55,879 bases of DNA from an uncultured Candidatus Saccharibacteria bacterium (GCA_964518755.1 CAZFHH010000003.1:1-55879), one strand, 5' to 3'. Positions 25,114 to 34,551 are shown, numbered from the stretch's first letter. Notes: generated by a model from the letters alone, not told the origin. A program made the numbers and translations.

Positions 25114-25184
25114 GCGGATATGGTTTAGTGGTAGAACAGATGCTTCCCAAGCATCGGGCGGGAGTTCGATTCTCCCTATCCGCA
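25114..25184 (+). tRNA. tRNA-Gly (anticodon CCC)
   Basis: Acceptor GCGGATA/TATCCGC, anticodon stem GATGC/GCATC with loop TTCCCAA, T-arm GGGAG-TTCGATT-CTCCC. Confidence 0.9.
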
Positions 25185-25193
25185 CAGCCGAAA

Positions 25194-25232
25194 GCCCACC
25201 CCTGCGAAGCCAAAGGCTTCGCAGGGGTGGGC
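25194..25232. terminator. Bidirectional terminator hairpin, 18-bp stem
   Basis: GCCCACCCCTGCGAAGCC-aaa-GGCTTCGCAGGGGTGGGC. Confidence 0.7.
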
Positions 25233-25250
25233 TGTTTTAATTACGTCTAT

Positions 25251-26912
25251 TTATTCATTTGAGCGAAGCATATCCCGTTTAATGTCATCAAAGGTTCCTC
25301 CGACTTTTTTACCGGGGTTAAATATGTTCATCGGGTCAAAAATTTGCTTTGTTTGTTTGAAAAGCTCTTCCATTTCTTTACCGAATAATTGTGGAATGTA
25401 TGGAGTACGAATGATGCCGTCATTGTGCTCGCCGGTGGTGGTGCCACCATAGCGAATAACCAGATCATATACTTTTGGTGCAAGCTCAAGAATTACTTTT
25501 CTGTTTTCCGGCTCCGCGATATTCATCAATGGGATAATGTGAAAATTCCCATTGCCAATATGTCCTGCGATCGTGTAGATAAAGTGGTCTTTGTATTGAT
25601 CAAGAATTGCATTAAGTTCCGGTAAAAATTTCGGATATGTTTCCGGTTGCACGACAAAATCATCAATAAACGGGGAAGCGTAATATCCATGAAGACTTTT
25701 ACGCAATAATGCAAAACTTTCTCTACGTACAATCCAATATTTTTCACTTTCACTCTCATTTTTTTCTATTGTGGTTGAAAGATGTAGGTCTGCCAGTGCG
25801 TCTCGTGCCGCCACGGCTTTAGCGTCTGCCTCTTCAATTGTGTCTTCGGCAAATTCCGCCATTAAAATCATTTTTGGAACTCCGCCGACAAGTACTTCTT
25901 CAACCTCCGGAATAAATTCAATGGCAAGGTGAATAGCTTTAGCGAGTCCCATTTGCTTCAACAAATCGAGAAGAAAACGTGTGGCAAAAGTAAATGTTTT
26001 GTCGTCGTAGGATTCAAATGATTCCGGTTCCTGTTTGAGGATACGCTTAACGATGTCAGGCAAGATGTCCAGTTTATCCAAAAAGATTACAAGCATCGCT
26101 CTATGAGCTTTTGGGTGCACAAGACCCAGTTTTGCCTTCGTCCAGAGAGCAAGTGTCCCTTGCGACCCACAGATGAGCTTTGCAAGATTAAAAGTGTTTG
26201 TTTTTATGTCACGCACGCTCCAAAGCGCGTAACCGGCGGAGTTTTTTGATACCTTTGGGCGTCTTTCTTCAATGAGTTTCTCATTTTTTGTTAGTAGGTT
26301 GTCCATCTTTTCATAGATTTCTCCTTCCAAGGTATTGAGTTTTTTCTTCTCTTCAAGCTCTTCCGGAGCGAGTGCCTTGAGTGTGGTAACTGAGCCATCG
26401 GAAAGCACCACCTCCAGCTCTTCAACGTAGCGTTCGGTCTTTCCATACTTAAGAGTGCGCTCTCCGCCGGAATTATTTGCGACGATGCCACCCATGGCGC
26501 ATATTTCTCTGCTTGCCGGATAAGAGGGAAGTAATATGTTTTTCTTAAGCGTTTCTTTTTCAAAATCTCGATAATATACGCCGGGTTCAGTAACTGCATA
26601 ATCATCTCCGACCTCAATAATGTGGTTCATGTGTTTTGTAAAGCTTGCCACTATTGAAGTTGTGAGTGGGCCGCCTGACATGTCTGTACCACCAGAGCGT
26701 GCCGTTACCGAAATAGAATTATCATTCTCTTTTGCCGTACGTACCACTTTTACCAATGCGGAAACATCTTTCGTATTTGTCGGATAGACTACCAATGATG
26801 GAATTCGCTTAAACAGGCTTGTGTCTCGGCTCGCTTTTTGTATATCTTCTTGCGCATCGGTTATTTCACCTTTGAATGTCTGCGCGAGTTCTTCTTTTGT
26901 TTTTTCATTCAT
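25251..26912 (-). CDS. FAD-binding oxidoreductase (GlcD / D-lactate dehydrogenase-like, FAD_binding_4)
   Basis: VVYPTNTKDVSALVKVV, ISVTARSGGTDMSGG, and a C-terminal GEHNDGIIRT. Confidence 0.8.
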   Translation of the reverse strand: MNEKTKEELAQTFKGEITDAQEDIQKASRDTSLFKRIPSLVVYPTNTKDVSALVKVVRTAKENDNSISVTARSGGTDMSGGPLTTSIVASFTKHMNHIIEVGDDYAVTEPGVYYRDFEKETLKKNILLPSYPASREICAMGGIVANNSGGERTLKYGKTERYVEELEVVLSDGSVTTLKALAPEELEEKKKLNTLEGEIYEKMDNLLTKNEKLIEERRPKVSKNSAGYALWSVRDIKTNTFNLAKLICGSQGTLALWTKAKLGLVHPKAHRAMLVIFLDKLDILPDIVKRILKQEPESFESYDDKTFTFATRFLLDLLKQMGLAKAIHLAIEFIPEVEEVLVGGVPKMILMAEFAEDTIEEADAKAVAARDALADLHLSTTIEKNESESEKYWIVRRESFALLRKSLHGYYASPFIDDFVVQPETYPKFLPELNAILDQYKDHFIYTIAGHIGNGNFHIIPLMNIAEPENRKVILELAPKVYDLVIRYGGTTTGEHNDGIIRTPYIPQLFGKEMEELFKQTKQIFDPMNIFNPGKKVGGTFDDIKRDMLRSNE

Positions 26913-26944
26913 AACAAGTAACCTTTTTATTATAGATAAATTGA

Positions 26945-29377
26945 CTACGCAGTCTTTTTGGCACTAGCTTGTGCGGCAAGTGCAATTGCTTGCGGGCTTC
27001 CGGCTTTTGCCTTAACAAAACGCGCAACAAGCATTTTGCCCATTTCTGATGTTTGCATCCATGCAAATGACCATACCCAAACGAAGCCGACTACCCACCA
27101 AGGGATGGCGGTGGTGAACCAACCACTTAGCGCCCATAGTGTGGCGACCACTTGTGTTGAAGAAATCGCCACCATTACCTGCCAACTTGGAAGATATCGG
27201 AACCATCGCTTTTCCGTGTGGGCGACGTAGATAAGGAAATTTCCGGACACAACAAGCTGAAGGAAGAACAGGGTTTGTATTTGTCCCCATGGCAGATGTA
27301 GCATGAATAGAACAATATAAAGCGTCAGCATGCTGTTCATAACTCCCGTGATGCCATATGTTGTTCCGAGAAAAAACCGCCTGCGTACATCAATTGTTTC
27401 CGGGGTGTGTGCAGCGTGTACATGGTCAAATGCCAGAGAGACGATAGGGAGGTCGTTAAGAACGGCAAGCAGAATAATCTGTACGGTTGTCAACGGATAG
27501 TTTCCGACGAGTATGCCGATAAGTCCGATAGTCAAAATAAGGCGCGCACTTTCAGAGATACGGTATACGGAATAATGGTAGATACGCATAAATACTTTAC
27601 GCGCATCAATAATGGCATCGTGTACCACTGAAATCCCATCTGAAAGAATGACGATGTCTGCCGTTCCGCGCAGGGCGTCCACCGAGTTTTTTACGGCGAT
27701 GCCAACGTCAGCTGCTTTAATGGGCGGAACATCATTTACTCCGTCACCGGTCACCGCTACCACGTGACTCTTCTTCATTGTTTCCACCGCGAGATATTTA
27801 TCTTTTGGAAGTACCTCGGCGAAACCGTCCGCGGTTTCCATTACTGCCGGGAGTGTGTCAAGAGAATCAAAAATTGAACGAGGAAGAATTTTCCCATTTA
27901 GTCCGAGTTCCGCCGCAACTTTTTGCGCTATTTGAATGCCATCACCGGTGAGCATCTTGACGCTTATTCCTTCGTCGCGCATCGTCGCGATTGTTTCTTT
28001 TGCGTCTGCGCGTAGTGTGTCAGAGAGGAACAGTATTCCTATTGGTTGAAGATCGTGCTCCTCGGTGGTGTCTTTCCCGGCGGCGACCGCAAGGGTGCGG
28101 TCGCCGCGCTGTGCCGCTTGAGAAACCTCCTCATCAAAAAGTTTCAACATTTTCGGCGATTTGAATTTACACAGTGTGCGAATGATGCTGGGCGCGCCAA
28201 GTGCAATCGTCCACGTATCATCCCCTTGAGTTACTATTGCCGTACTTCGTTTTCTCTGTGAGTCTCCGGGGATAAATTTTTGTTGGGGCAAGCTATTGAT
28301 TAACAGGGTTTTTGCCTTTTCAATAATTGCACTTTCAAGAGCGTTTCCTTCCGCAGGGTCGGTTGCGCTAACCGCAAAACGCAGCACTTCCTTTTCGTCT
28401 TGTGCAGTGAGTGTTACAACATTGTCTACGCGAATACGATTTTCCGTAAGTGTGCCCGTTTTGTCGGAAAGCAACACATCAACATTGGAAAGGTTTTCAA
28501 GTGAGGCTATGCGTCGTACGATGGTATGTTTTTTTGCAAGCTCAAGCACACCGACACTGATAATGAGGCTCATAACTGTTGGTAGCGCAACCGGAATTCC
28601 GGCAATAAGAAGTGAAATATCAAGTGTGATGACCTCAATTAATTTTATCCCCGGGTGACTCATCAAGAATATGGACAAAATGGCAATGACGACAATGGCG
28701 AATATGGAAAGAAATCGTGATATGGTCAAAATATCTTGCTCAAGAGCGCTTCGTTTTTTGGTGTGCTCAACAGACGCGAGGGTTTTACCAAAATATGTAT
28801 GATTGCCTGTTGCGGTTATGGTAACAAGTGCGTTTCCTGTAGCAACGAAAGAGCCGGAATATACGGTTTCTCCAACAGTTCGTGAGCGGGGAAGTGATTC
28901 TCCCGAGAGCATGGACTCGTTCAGTGATAGGTTCGTTTCCGATATAATCTGCGCATCGGCCGGCACAATTGCCCCAACGGTGAGCATGACTATATCTTCC
29001 GGCACCAACTCTTTGGATGGTATTTTTTGCCACGTTCCATCGCGTTTTACGCGCGAATACACAGTGAGATGTTCTTGCAGTTTTGCTATCGCTTTGTCAG
29101 CTTTCCCCTCGTGCCATATACGAATACCGAAATTTGCCAGAAAAAGCCCTAAAATAATCCATCCATTTCCCATCTTTCCGACGGCAAAAGAGAGCCCCGA
29201 TGCCGCAAGTAGCATAAGGGATATCGGAGTGATAACCCACAAAAATACTTTTACGATAAATTTTTGTTTCTTTTCCTCAAGAATATTTGCACCATTTTCT
29301 TTTCTAATATGCTGCACCTGCGCTGACGAAAGCCCTGCCGGTTCGTGTATGGTTGTGTGTGTGGTGGCTGTATTCAT
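26945..29377 (-). CDS. Cation-transporting P-type ATPase (P3A proton-pump-like)
   Basis: GESLP, LLSDKTGTLTEN (DKTGT), MLTGD, TGDGVNDVPPIKAADVGIAV; 810 aa with about 10 TM segments. Confidence 0.88.
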   Translation of the reverse strand: MNTATTHTTIHEPAGLSSAQVQHIRKENGANILEEKKQKFIVKVFLWVITPISLMLLAASGLSFAVGKMGNGWIILGLFLANFGIRIWHEGKADKAIAKLQEHLTVYSRVKRDGTWQKIPSKELVPEDIVMLTVGAIVPADAQIISETNLSLNESMLSGESLPRSRTVGETVYSGSFVATGNALVTITATGNHTYFGKTLASVEHTKKRSALEQDILTISRFLSIFAIVVIAILSIFLMSHPGIKLIEVITLDISLLIAGIPVALPTVMSLIISVGVLELAKKHTIVRRIASLENLSNVDVLLSDKTGTLTENRIRVDNVVTLTAQDEKEVLRFAVSATDPAEGNALESAIIEKAKTLLINSLPQQKFIPGDSQRKRSTAIVTQGDDTWTIALGAPSIIRTLCKFKSPKMLKLFDEEVSQAAQRGDRTLAVAAGKDTTEEHDLQPIGILFLSDTLRADAKETIATMRDEGISVKMLTGDGIQIAQKVAAELGLNGKILPRSIFDSLDTLPAVMETADGFAEVLPKDKYLAVETMKKSHVVAVTGDGVNDVPPIKAADVGIAVKNSVDALRGTADIVILSDGISVVHDAIIDARKVFMRIYHYSVYRISESARLILTIGLIGILVGNYPLTTVQIILLAVLNDLPIVSLAFDHVHAAHTPETIDVRRRFFLGTTYGITGVMNSMLTLYIVLFMLHLPWGQIQTLFFLQLVVSGNFLIYVAHTEKRWFRYLPSWQVMVAISSTQVVATLWALSGWFTTAIPWWVVGFVWVWSFAWMQTSEMGKMLVARFVKAKAGSPQAIALAAQASAKKTA

Positions 29378-29396
29378 ATTATATAATTGAGATTGA

Positions 29397-29816
29397 TTAT
29401 TTACGACGCAGCAGTGCGAAGTGAAAACTTAAATAAGAAAGATAGGTGGTTATGACGACGGCCATCCACGAAAGCCAAACAGGAATCAGTAGAGTTCCAA
29501 TATAAAGAGGAAGCCCGAATGCAATTCTTGCCCAGTGCAATAGGGCAACGGCTGCGAAAAGTATTCCAATGGCGTAGAGCATGGTGCGCTCGCGTACTGT
29601 GCGCACCGGAAGGGCAATGCCCCAGCCGTAGTGCATCAACATGAGTGCCAATACCGCATCAAACAAAATAACCGGAAGTACAGTGGCGTTTGTAATGTGC
29701 GTTCCCAGAAATGAAATAGGGAGCATGTGTATACCCGCCATCCATATAACCGCCACCGCATCGGCAAGCACCACACCGGTCAATAATTTGGAAAGTTCCC
29801 GCAGGTTATGATTCAT
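29397..29816 (-). CDS. Hypothetical membrane protein (4 TM segments)
   Basis: ORF 29397..29855 trimmed to MNHNLRELSK. Hydrophobic throughout. Confidence 0.5.
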   Translation of the reverse strand: MNHNLRELSKLLTGVVLADAVAVIWMAGIHMLPISFLGTHITNATVLPVILFDAVLALMLMHYGWGIALPVRTVRERTMLYAIGILFAAVALLHWARIAFGLPLYIGTLLIPVWLSWMAVVITTYLSYLSFHFALLRRK

Positions 29817-29944
29817 AGATAATGTTTTTAAGAAATAAAATTTACGAGCATACACATATAATAGTGTTTATATATACTATGCACCAGTTATGCCAGAGTG
29901 TACAAGGTGGCGTGTGTATAACTTGGTGTTTATGAGGAAACTAC

Positions 29945-30044
29945 GCCGGTGCCCATGCGGTACGCATGGGCACCGGCGCGAATGCAAACTGGAAATAGAG
30001 ATGTTTGAATATCCCCATGCGCTTACATGTAAGCGCATGGGGAT
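29945..30044 (-). terminator. Two tandem hairpins that share a CCCATGCG/CGCATGGG core (29945..29977 and 30011..30044)
   Basis: GCCGGTGCCCATGCG-gta-CGCATGGGCACCGGC and ATCCCCATGCGCTTACA/TGTAAGCGCATGGGGAT, immediately after the ROK-kinase stop. Confidence 0.65.
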
Positions 30045-30049
30045 AACAA

Positions 30050-30865
30050 TTATCGGTGTTGTAGCATCCGCGCAAACGCCATGCCACCATATATGCCACA
30101 CAAATCCTCGAGCTTGCAGCGTACAAGGCGCGGGGGCTCGGGGAAAATGTGCAGGCGCTCCATAAGTTGCTCCGCTACAGCCTGAAGTGGTATATCTTTC
30201 ATGACAGAGCCACCAAGTACCACACACTCGGGCGACCAATGCACAATGGTGTTGTACAGTCCATCTGCAAACACGCGCGCAACATCATTCCACATTTTTT
30301 CGTTCTTAATATTTTTTGATGACGTACCGTATCGCTTTTCAAGCGCGTTTCCGGAAAGTACCTCTTCAAATAATCGCGCTTCTCCATCAAAAGATACGAG
30401 CTGTTGTCCGATTTCAAATCCGAAATGGGTTTGGTCAATGGTTTTGTTAACTATTCGTGCGCCACCAACACCGGTGCCAACGGTAACGTACGCCATGATG
30501 TTGCAATCTTTTCCGGCACCATAGGTTGCCTCGCCAAGTGCCCCAAGCGCCGCATCATTTTCAAAATATATCGGTACACCAAGAGCGCTCATCGTATCGG
30601 ATACCGTAAAATGATTGGCCCATTTTTGAAGATTCGGTGATCGTACCAATTCAGTACGGTCTGGAGAGCATACTCCGGCGATGCCAATTATTGCCATTTC
30701 CAACGGTTCTCCGTTTGAGAGTTTTTGCGCCGTACTTCGTATGCGCTCCAGCCCCTCTTTGGGATTAACGGGAGTATCAAAAGTTTCTTTTTCCGAAATG
30801 GCTACCAAATCGGGACTAACAGCGACGCGCGTTTTTGTTCCGCCGATGTCAACAAGTATCACCAT
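30050..30865 (-). CDS. ROK-family sugar kinase (glucokinase-like)
   Basis: MVILVDIGGTKTRVAV, GIAGV, TVGTGVGGA. Confidence 0.7.
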   Translation of the reverse strand: MVILVDIGGTKTRVAVSPDLVAISEKETFDTPVNPKEGLERIRSTAQKLSNGEPLEMAIIGIAGVCSPDRTELVRSPNLQKWANHFTVSDTMSALGVPIYFENDAALGALGEATYGAGKDCNIMAYVTVGTGVGGARIVNKTIDQTHFGFEIGQQLVSFDGEARLFEEVLSGNALEKRYGTSSKNIKNEKMWNDVARVFADGLYNTIVHWSPECVVLGGSVMKDIPLQAVAEQLMERLHIFPEPPRLVRCKLEDLCGIYGGMAFARMLQHR

Positions 30866-31851
30866 GGTACTTTCGCAAGACGTTGCTTAAAGTCATCAAT
30901 AATCGGCGTGTGTGCATCCGGAACGCCGTTTCTTTTTGCAATTTCCACTGCCGCGGATGTGCCTGTTTGTATAACCTCAATTGCCCCGGCAAGTGATGAA
31001 AGGTTTTGTTGGATGTGCAGTTCATAGGAAGGCAAGTCTCGTGCGGTAAATAATTCACGTATAAGACGCATGCGCGCACGTATGCGAGGATGGTCTTTTT
31101 CGTCGGTAACAAAGACCGGTAATAAAGTGTGTATGAGTTCACGTGAGGTGGCGACGGCGTCATATCCGGAGAGTTCGTTATGACACATCTCAGGCACGGT
31201 ATCCATAAACGCCGGGATTTTTGATGTCTCATTGAGTGTTATCTTCAGAATATATCCAATGGACGCGTTGCGTGTGGAAGTATAAAAAACGGGAATCTTG
31301 TGTGCAAGCATATTCGCGAATGTGATGCCTTCTTCTTGTTTCGTATCGGTTGAAAGCTCCTCGCCACTCTTTTGAATGTAGGCAAAAAGTTCTTCCTCTT
31401 TGAGAAGTTTTGTGATTGCGCGAAGCGCATATCCGAGCGTCATGCGTGGCACAACGCCACCGTGTGGAAGTATGATTGTTGGAATACCGGCATCGCGCGC
31501 TTGAGCAAGCAATTTCCCGCCACTTGTTATTGCGGCACAGGGTATGTTTTCTTGCAGGGCGGTGTGCAATACATCAAGTGCCTCTTCCGTTTCGCCCGAA
31601 TAGGAGCTAACCACAACCAGAGTATCGGCGTGTTCTTCTTCCGGAATAATCGGAAGGCTGTATTCGTGACGCACCGTCAGAGGTAGCACCGGAGCTTCGC
31701 GCAATAGCAAATCAGCTCCCAAATGCGATCCGCCCATACCGCACAAAAATATACCACGTAAAGAATTTTCGGTAAGTTTATCTTCCCGCTCGTATACCGG
31801 CTCCCAATGGAACTGTGCAGGCATAAGTGAAATCTGTTCTCGCATTGACAT
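30859..31851 (-). CDS. Bifunctional phosphoglucose/phosphomannose isomerase (SIS domain)
   Basis: FLCGMGGSHLGADLL and VVVSSYSGETEEAL. Start set at MSMREQ, 7 nt after the upstream stop. Confidence 0.7.
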   Translation of the reverse strand: MSMREQISLMPAQFHWEPVYEREDKLTENSLRGIFLCGMGGSHLGADLLLREAPVLPLTVRHEYSLPIIPEEEHADTLVVVSSYSGETEEALDVLHTALQENIPCAAITSGGKLLAQARDAGIPTIILPHGGVVPRMTLGYALRAITKLLKEEELFAYIQKSGEELSTDTKQEEGITFANMLAHKIPVFYTSTRNASIGYILKITLNETSKIPAFMDTVPEMCHNELSGYDAVATSRELIHTLLPVFVTDEKDHPRIRARMRLIRELFTARDLPSYELHIQQNLSSLAGAIEVIQTGTSAAVEIAKRNGVPDAHTPIIDDFKQRLAKVPW

Positions 31852-31858
31852 ACATTTA

Positions 31859-32629
31859 TTATACACGGTTGCGTGCAATTTGCGTGAGTAATTTCGTGAT
31901 AACCTCATAGGTGTCGTCCGGGTCGGTTACAGCACGCGTGTGCACCTGTGTACGCAAAACCGCCTCATCGTTGCCACCATTTTGTAATTCATCCCCGACA
32001 TACAACATGTGGGTAACTGGTATGGAAAGAAATTCAGAAAGCCTTTCTATACCGTATGCTTTATCAATCCCTTTTCGCGTAATGTCAATTGTGGTCATCC
32101 CTCCGATGTTCACCTCATAATTCGGTAACAGCGGAACCAGTGCTGTGCGCAACGCTTCTCTTTTTTTTCGTGTGGGATCCCACAAACGTTTTTCCTCCAA
32201 AGATGCTCCTTGCCCGAGCGCGGAAAATGAAACTTCCGTACCGCGGAATTCAATTTGTACACCCTGATGTGGCGTGTCAGGTGAGACAACCGGTGCATCT
32301 TCAAGCGCTTGAGAGATTGCTTGCTTAATGTGTGACACATCGTTGTCGGTTAATCGTTTTTCATACGCTGTGTGCCATTTTGCACCACGATAATAGTACA
32401 GCGCCGCTCCGGAGGTGGGTAGGAAATATAATTTTTCCAACCGCGCATGAGAGGGAAGCCGGTCGGCTACCTGCAAGCGTAATTGTCCAAACTTTCCTCC
32501 TGAGGCAATTGCCACAGACGCATCGGCAAGCAGTTGTGTAAGCATTTCAGCCATGTGCGGCATAATCGGTTGCTTGCTCTGCGCGATTGTCCCGTCCAAA
32601 TCAAAAATAAATACTTCCGGCCGTGTCAT
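31859..32629 (-). CDS. HAD-IIB phosphomannomutase-like protein (eukaryotic-type PMM pattern)
   Basis: FIFDLDGTIAQSKQPI ... GGMTTIDITRKGIDKAYG ... YVGDELQNGGNDEAV. ATGA overlap with the GH130 stop. Confidence 0.65.
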   Translation of the reverse strand: MTRPEVFIFDLDGTIAQSKQPIMPHMAEMLTQLLADASVAIASGGKFGQLRLQVADRLPSHARLEKLYFLPTSGAALYYYRGAKWHTAYEKRLTDNDVSHIKQAISQALEDAPVVSPDTPHQGVQIEFRGTEVSFSALGQGASLEEKRLWDPTRKKREALRTALVPLLPNYEVNIGGMTTIDITRKGIDKAYGIERLSEFLSIPVTHMLYVGDELQNGGNDEAVLRTQVHTRAVTDPDDTYEVITKLLTQIARNRV

Positions 32630-33705
32630 GTTATTTGTGCGCGCAGGGTGTGCAACAGATTCTTCATGCTTCCGGTTGCCACACCAAGCACACGGTCTCC
32701 TCCGCCATAATATACAAAAATTGTATCCTCGCGCACCACGACCCCGCAAGAAAATACCACATTATTGACGATGCCGTTTTTTTCATACGGTTCGGTCGGC
32801 TCAAAAATCGGCTCAATGGTTCGTGCGGTTATTTCCATACCATTTTCTTTCAGTAGAGCGGCGCCAAAGCGATAGGTGTTATCATGCGAGACACCATGAT
32901 AAATTAAAAGCCAACCATCGGAAATGCGTATGGGCGGTCCCGTGATACCAACTCTCACCTCATCCCACATGCCTGGGCGTGGCGATAATATTTCAATGCA
33001 CAGTGTTATCGGTTTTCTAAAAGATAGAGTGGAAACCGTATCAGCACAAATATCGTTATATACTCTGTGATACAAAACATAATTTTCTTGTATGGTTTGC
33101 GGTAGTAGTCCAATGTCTTTATCATCTACATTTTCAGGAGTAATTAAAACCGGCATATCCCATTTCTCCCATTTATGTTTACGGAAATCATCAATAGAGA
33201 TTGAGGTGTATGCTCCGCGCGGAGAGTGTACGCCATCGTATGCCGTGTAGGTCATGTGTATTCGCTCATCAATGATTGATACGCGTGGGTCTTCGCATCC
33301 TGAGTTCCAATGAGGGTCTCCTTTTTTTTGTTCAAAATCCGCACGTGGTACATATATAGGTGTATCAAGTCGTTCATCAATGTGGAGAGCATCTTTTGTG
33401 CGTGCGTACCCGACTGTTGAAGTATTATTTTTATCCATGGCGCGATAGAGCAAATGCACGGAACCATCAAGGTCAAATGTGGCAGCATTAAATACGGCCC
33501 GCTCTTCAAAACCATTTCCTCTTGGTTGCAGTAACGGATTGTGTACACTGCGCTGCAACATCTCTACGTGGTGGTATTTTTTTTGATATGTTCTCGCTGG
33601 GTTTACCATCTTCTTTTGAAGCAGTGGGGCAAAGATAACGCCTATGAGAATTCCGGCGGTGAATGCCGTCAGAAAAAGCGCAAGGATATAAAAGACTATG
33701 GTCAT
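32626..33705 (-). CDS. Glycoside hydrolase family 130 protein (beta-mannoside phosphorylase-like) with an N-terminal TM anchor
   Basis: NPLLQP..ERAVFNAA..LLYRAM, DPRVSII, WLLIYHGV, YRFGAALL, NVVFSCG..IFVYYGGGD. N-terminal MTIVFYILALFLTAFTAGILIGVIF followed by basic residues. Confidence 0.75.
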   Translation of the reverse strand: MTIVFYILALFLTAFTAGILIGVIFAPLLQKKMVNPARTYQKKYHHVEMLQRSVHNPLLQPRGNGFEERAVFNAATFDLDGSVHLLYRAMDKNNTSTVGYARTKDALHIDERLDTPIYVPRADFEQKKGDPHWNSGCEDPRVSIIDERIHMTYTAYDGVHSPRGAYTSISIDDFRKHKWEKWDMPVLITPENVDDKDIGLLPQTIQENYVLYHRVYNDICADTVSTLSFRKPITLCIEILSPRPGMWDEVRVGITGPPIRISDGWLLIYHGVSHDNTYRFGAALLKENGMEITARTIEPIFEPTEPYEKNGIVNNVVFSCGVVVREDTIFVYYGGGDRVLGVATGSMKNLLHTLRAQIT

Positions 33706-34061
33706 GGCGCATCGGGGCGGCCGAAATCATCTTCAATACGAATAATATCATTCTCGTCAAACTCCCCGGTTGCTATTTCAAGTAGGCGTATTCCTCCGCC
33801 GCCACCTGCAATTCTGTGCACCGTACCGATTGGTATTTCAAACTCGTCACCTTGCCGTGCATGGTGTTCCTCTGTGTCTATGGTTACGATTCCGTCGCCG
33901 GAGATGACATGCCAAAACTCACTGCGGTGTTCGTGTTTTTGCAAAGAAAGGCGCTTGCTTGCGGAGATGTTTAATATCTTTACCGTCGTTTGCGTATCGT
34001 GAGTGAATTGGTCAAAGGAGCCCCAGGGGCGGTCTTCGTGATAGTGATAGTGGGACGACAT
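33702..34061 (-). CDS. Cupin-type mannose-6-phosphate isomerase (type II PMI C-terminal-domain-like)
   Basis: EDRPWGSF..VKILNI..KRLSLQKHEHRSEFWHVISG...GDEFEIPIGTVHRI. Confidence 0.7.
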   Translation of the reverse strand: MSSHYHYHEDRPWGSFDQFTHDTQTTVKILNISASKRLSLQKHEHRSEFWHVISGDGIVTIDTEEHHARQGDEFEIPIGTVHRIAGGGGGIRLLEIATGEFDENDIIRIEDDFGRPDAP

Positions 34062-34141
34062 GTTTCTTTAAGTGTACGCCAAATGCGTGTCGTCGTATAA
34101 TTATTTATCCACAGCGTACTCATATTTTCTTTGATTCACCC

Positions 34142-34178
34142 ACACAGTTTTTGGACATTAAATGTCCAAAAACTGTGT
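34142..34178. repeat. Perfect palindrome, 18-nt arms, GGACAT core
   Basis: ACACAGTTTTTGGACATT-a-AATGTCCAAAAACTGTGT. Confidence 0.9.
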
Positions 34179-34205
34179 CCAAAAATCCAAAAATTGGCAA
34201 TACAT

Positions 34206-34271
34206 CCCCCACAACATTTCCCCCACAACATTCGGACATTGAATGTCCGAATGTTGTGGGGGAAATGTTGT
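34206..34271. repeat. Compound palindrome with a CGGACAT core: 22-nt arms at 34219..34263 plus duplicated outer arm segments
   Basis: cccccacaacatt TCCCCCACAACATTCGGACATT-g-AATGTCCGAATGTTGTGGGGGA aatgttgt. Confidence 0.9.
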
Positions 34272-34319
34272 CCACACAAAGCACTTGAATGTAAGATTAT
34301 TTATTGTATACTATGCGAT

Positions 34320-34390
34320 AGCGGGGTAGAGGAGAGGTACCTCGGGGGGCTCATAACCCCCAGACGCCGGTTCAATTCCGGCCCCCGCAA
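34320..34390 (+). tRNA. Initiator tRNA-Met (anticodon CAU)
   Basis: Close to the E. coli tRNA-fMet pattern: xGCGGGG...CTCATAA...GGTTCAATTCCGGCCCCCGCAA. GGG/CCC at the base of the anticodon stem, and an unpaired 1:72 position (A.A). Confidence 0.88.
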
Positions 34391-34551
34391 CAAGATTTGC
34401 AAAAGGTTTTCATAAGTCCGCTCAGCGCGATGATAGTGTGTATGAATGTATCATTCTTGTCCGGGCACGAGCAATCACACGGCATTCATTGTGTACCATA
34501 CGGTTTGTGTATGTAGATTTATGGTAATTCCAAGCACGAAGTTTCTGTTTG

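Noticed and set aside
29877-30239. ORFs 29877..30239 (-), 29890..30165 (+) and 29941..30126 (-) in the gap after the ROK kinase
   Set aside because: - The region is occupied by two tandem perfect hairpins (29945..29977 and 30011..30044).
- The ORFs read straight through both arms and partly overlap the kinase gene.
34131-34415. ORF 34131..34415 (+); likewise ORF 34990..35376 (+), 34844..35029 (-) and 24962..25213 (-)
   Set aside because: They run through palindromic elements and tRNA genes (tRNA-fMet, tRNA-Ser, tRNA-Gly) and have implausible composition.
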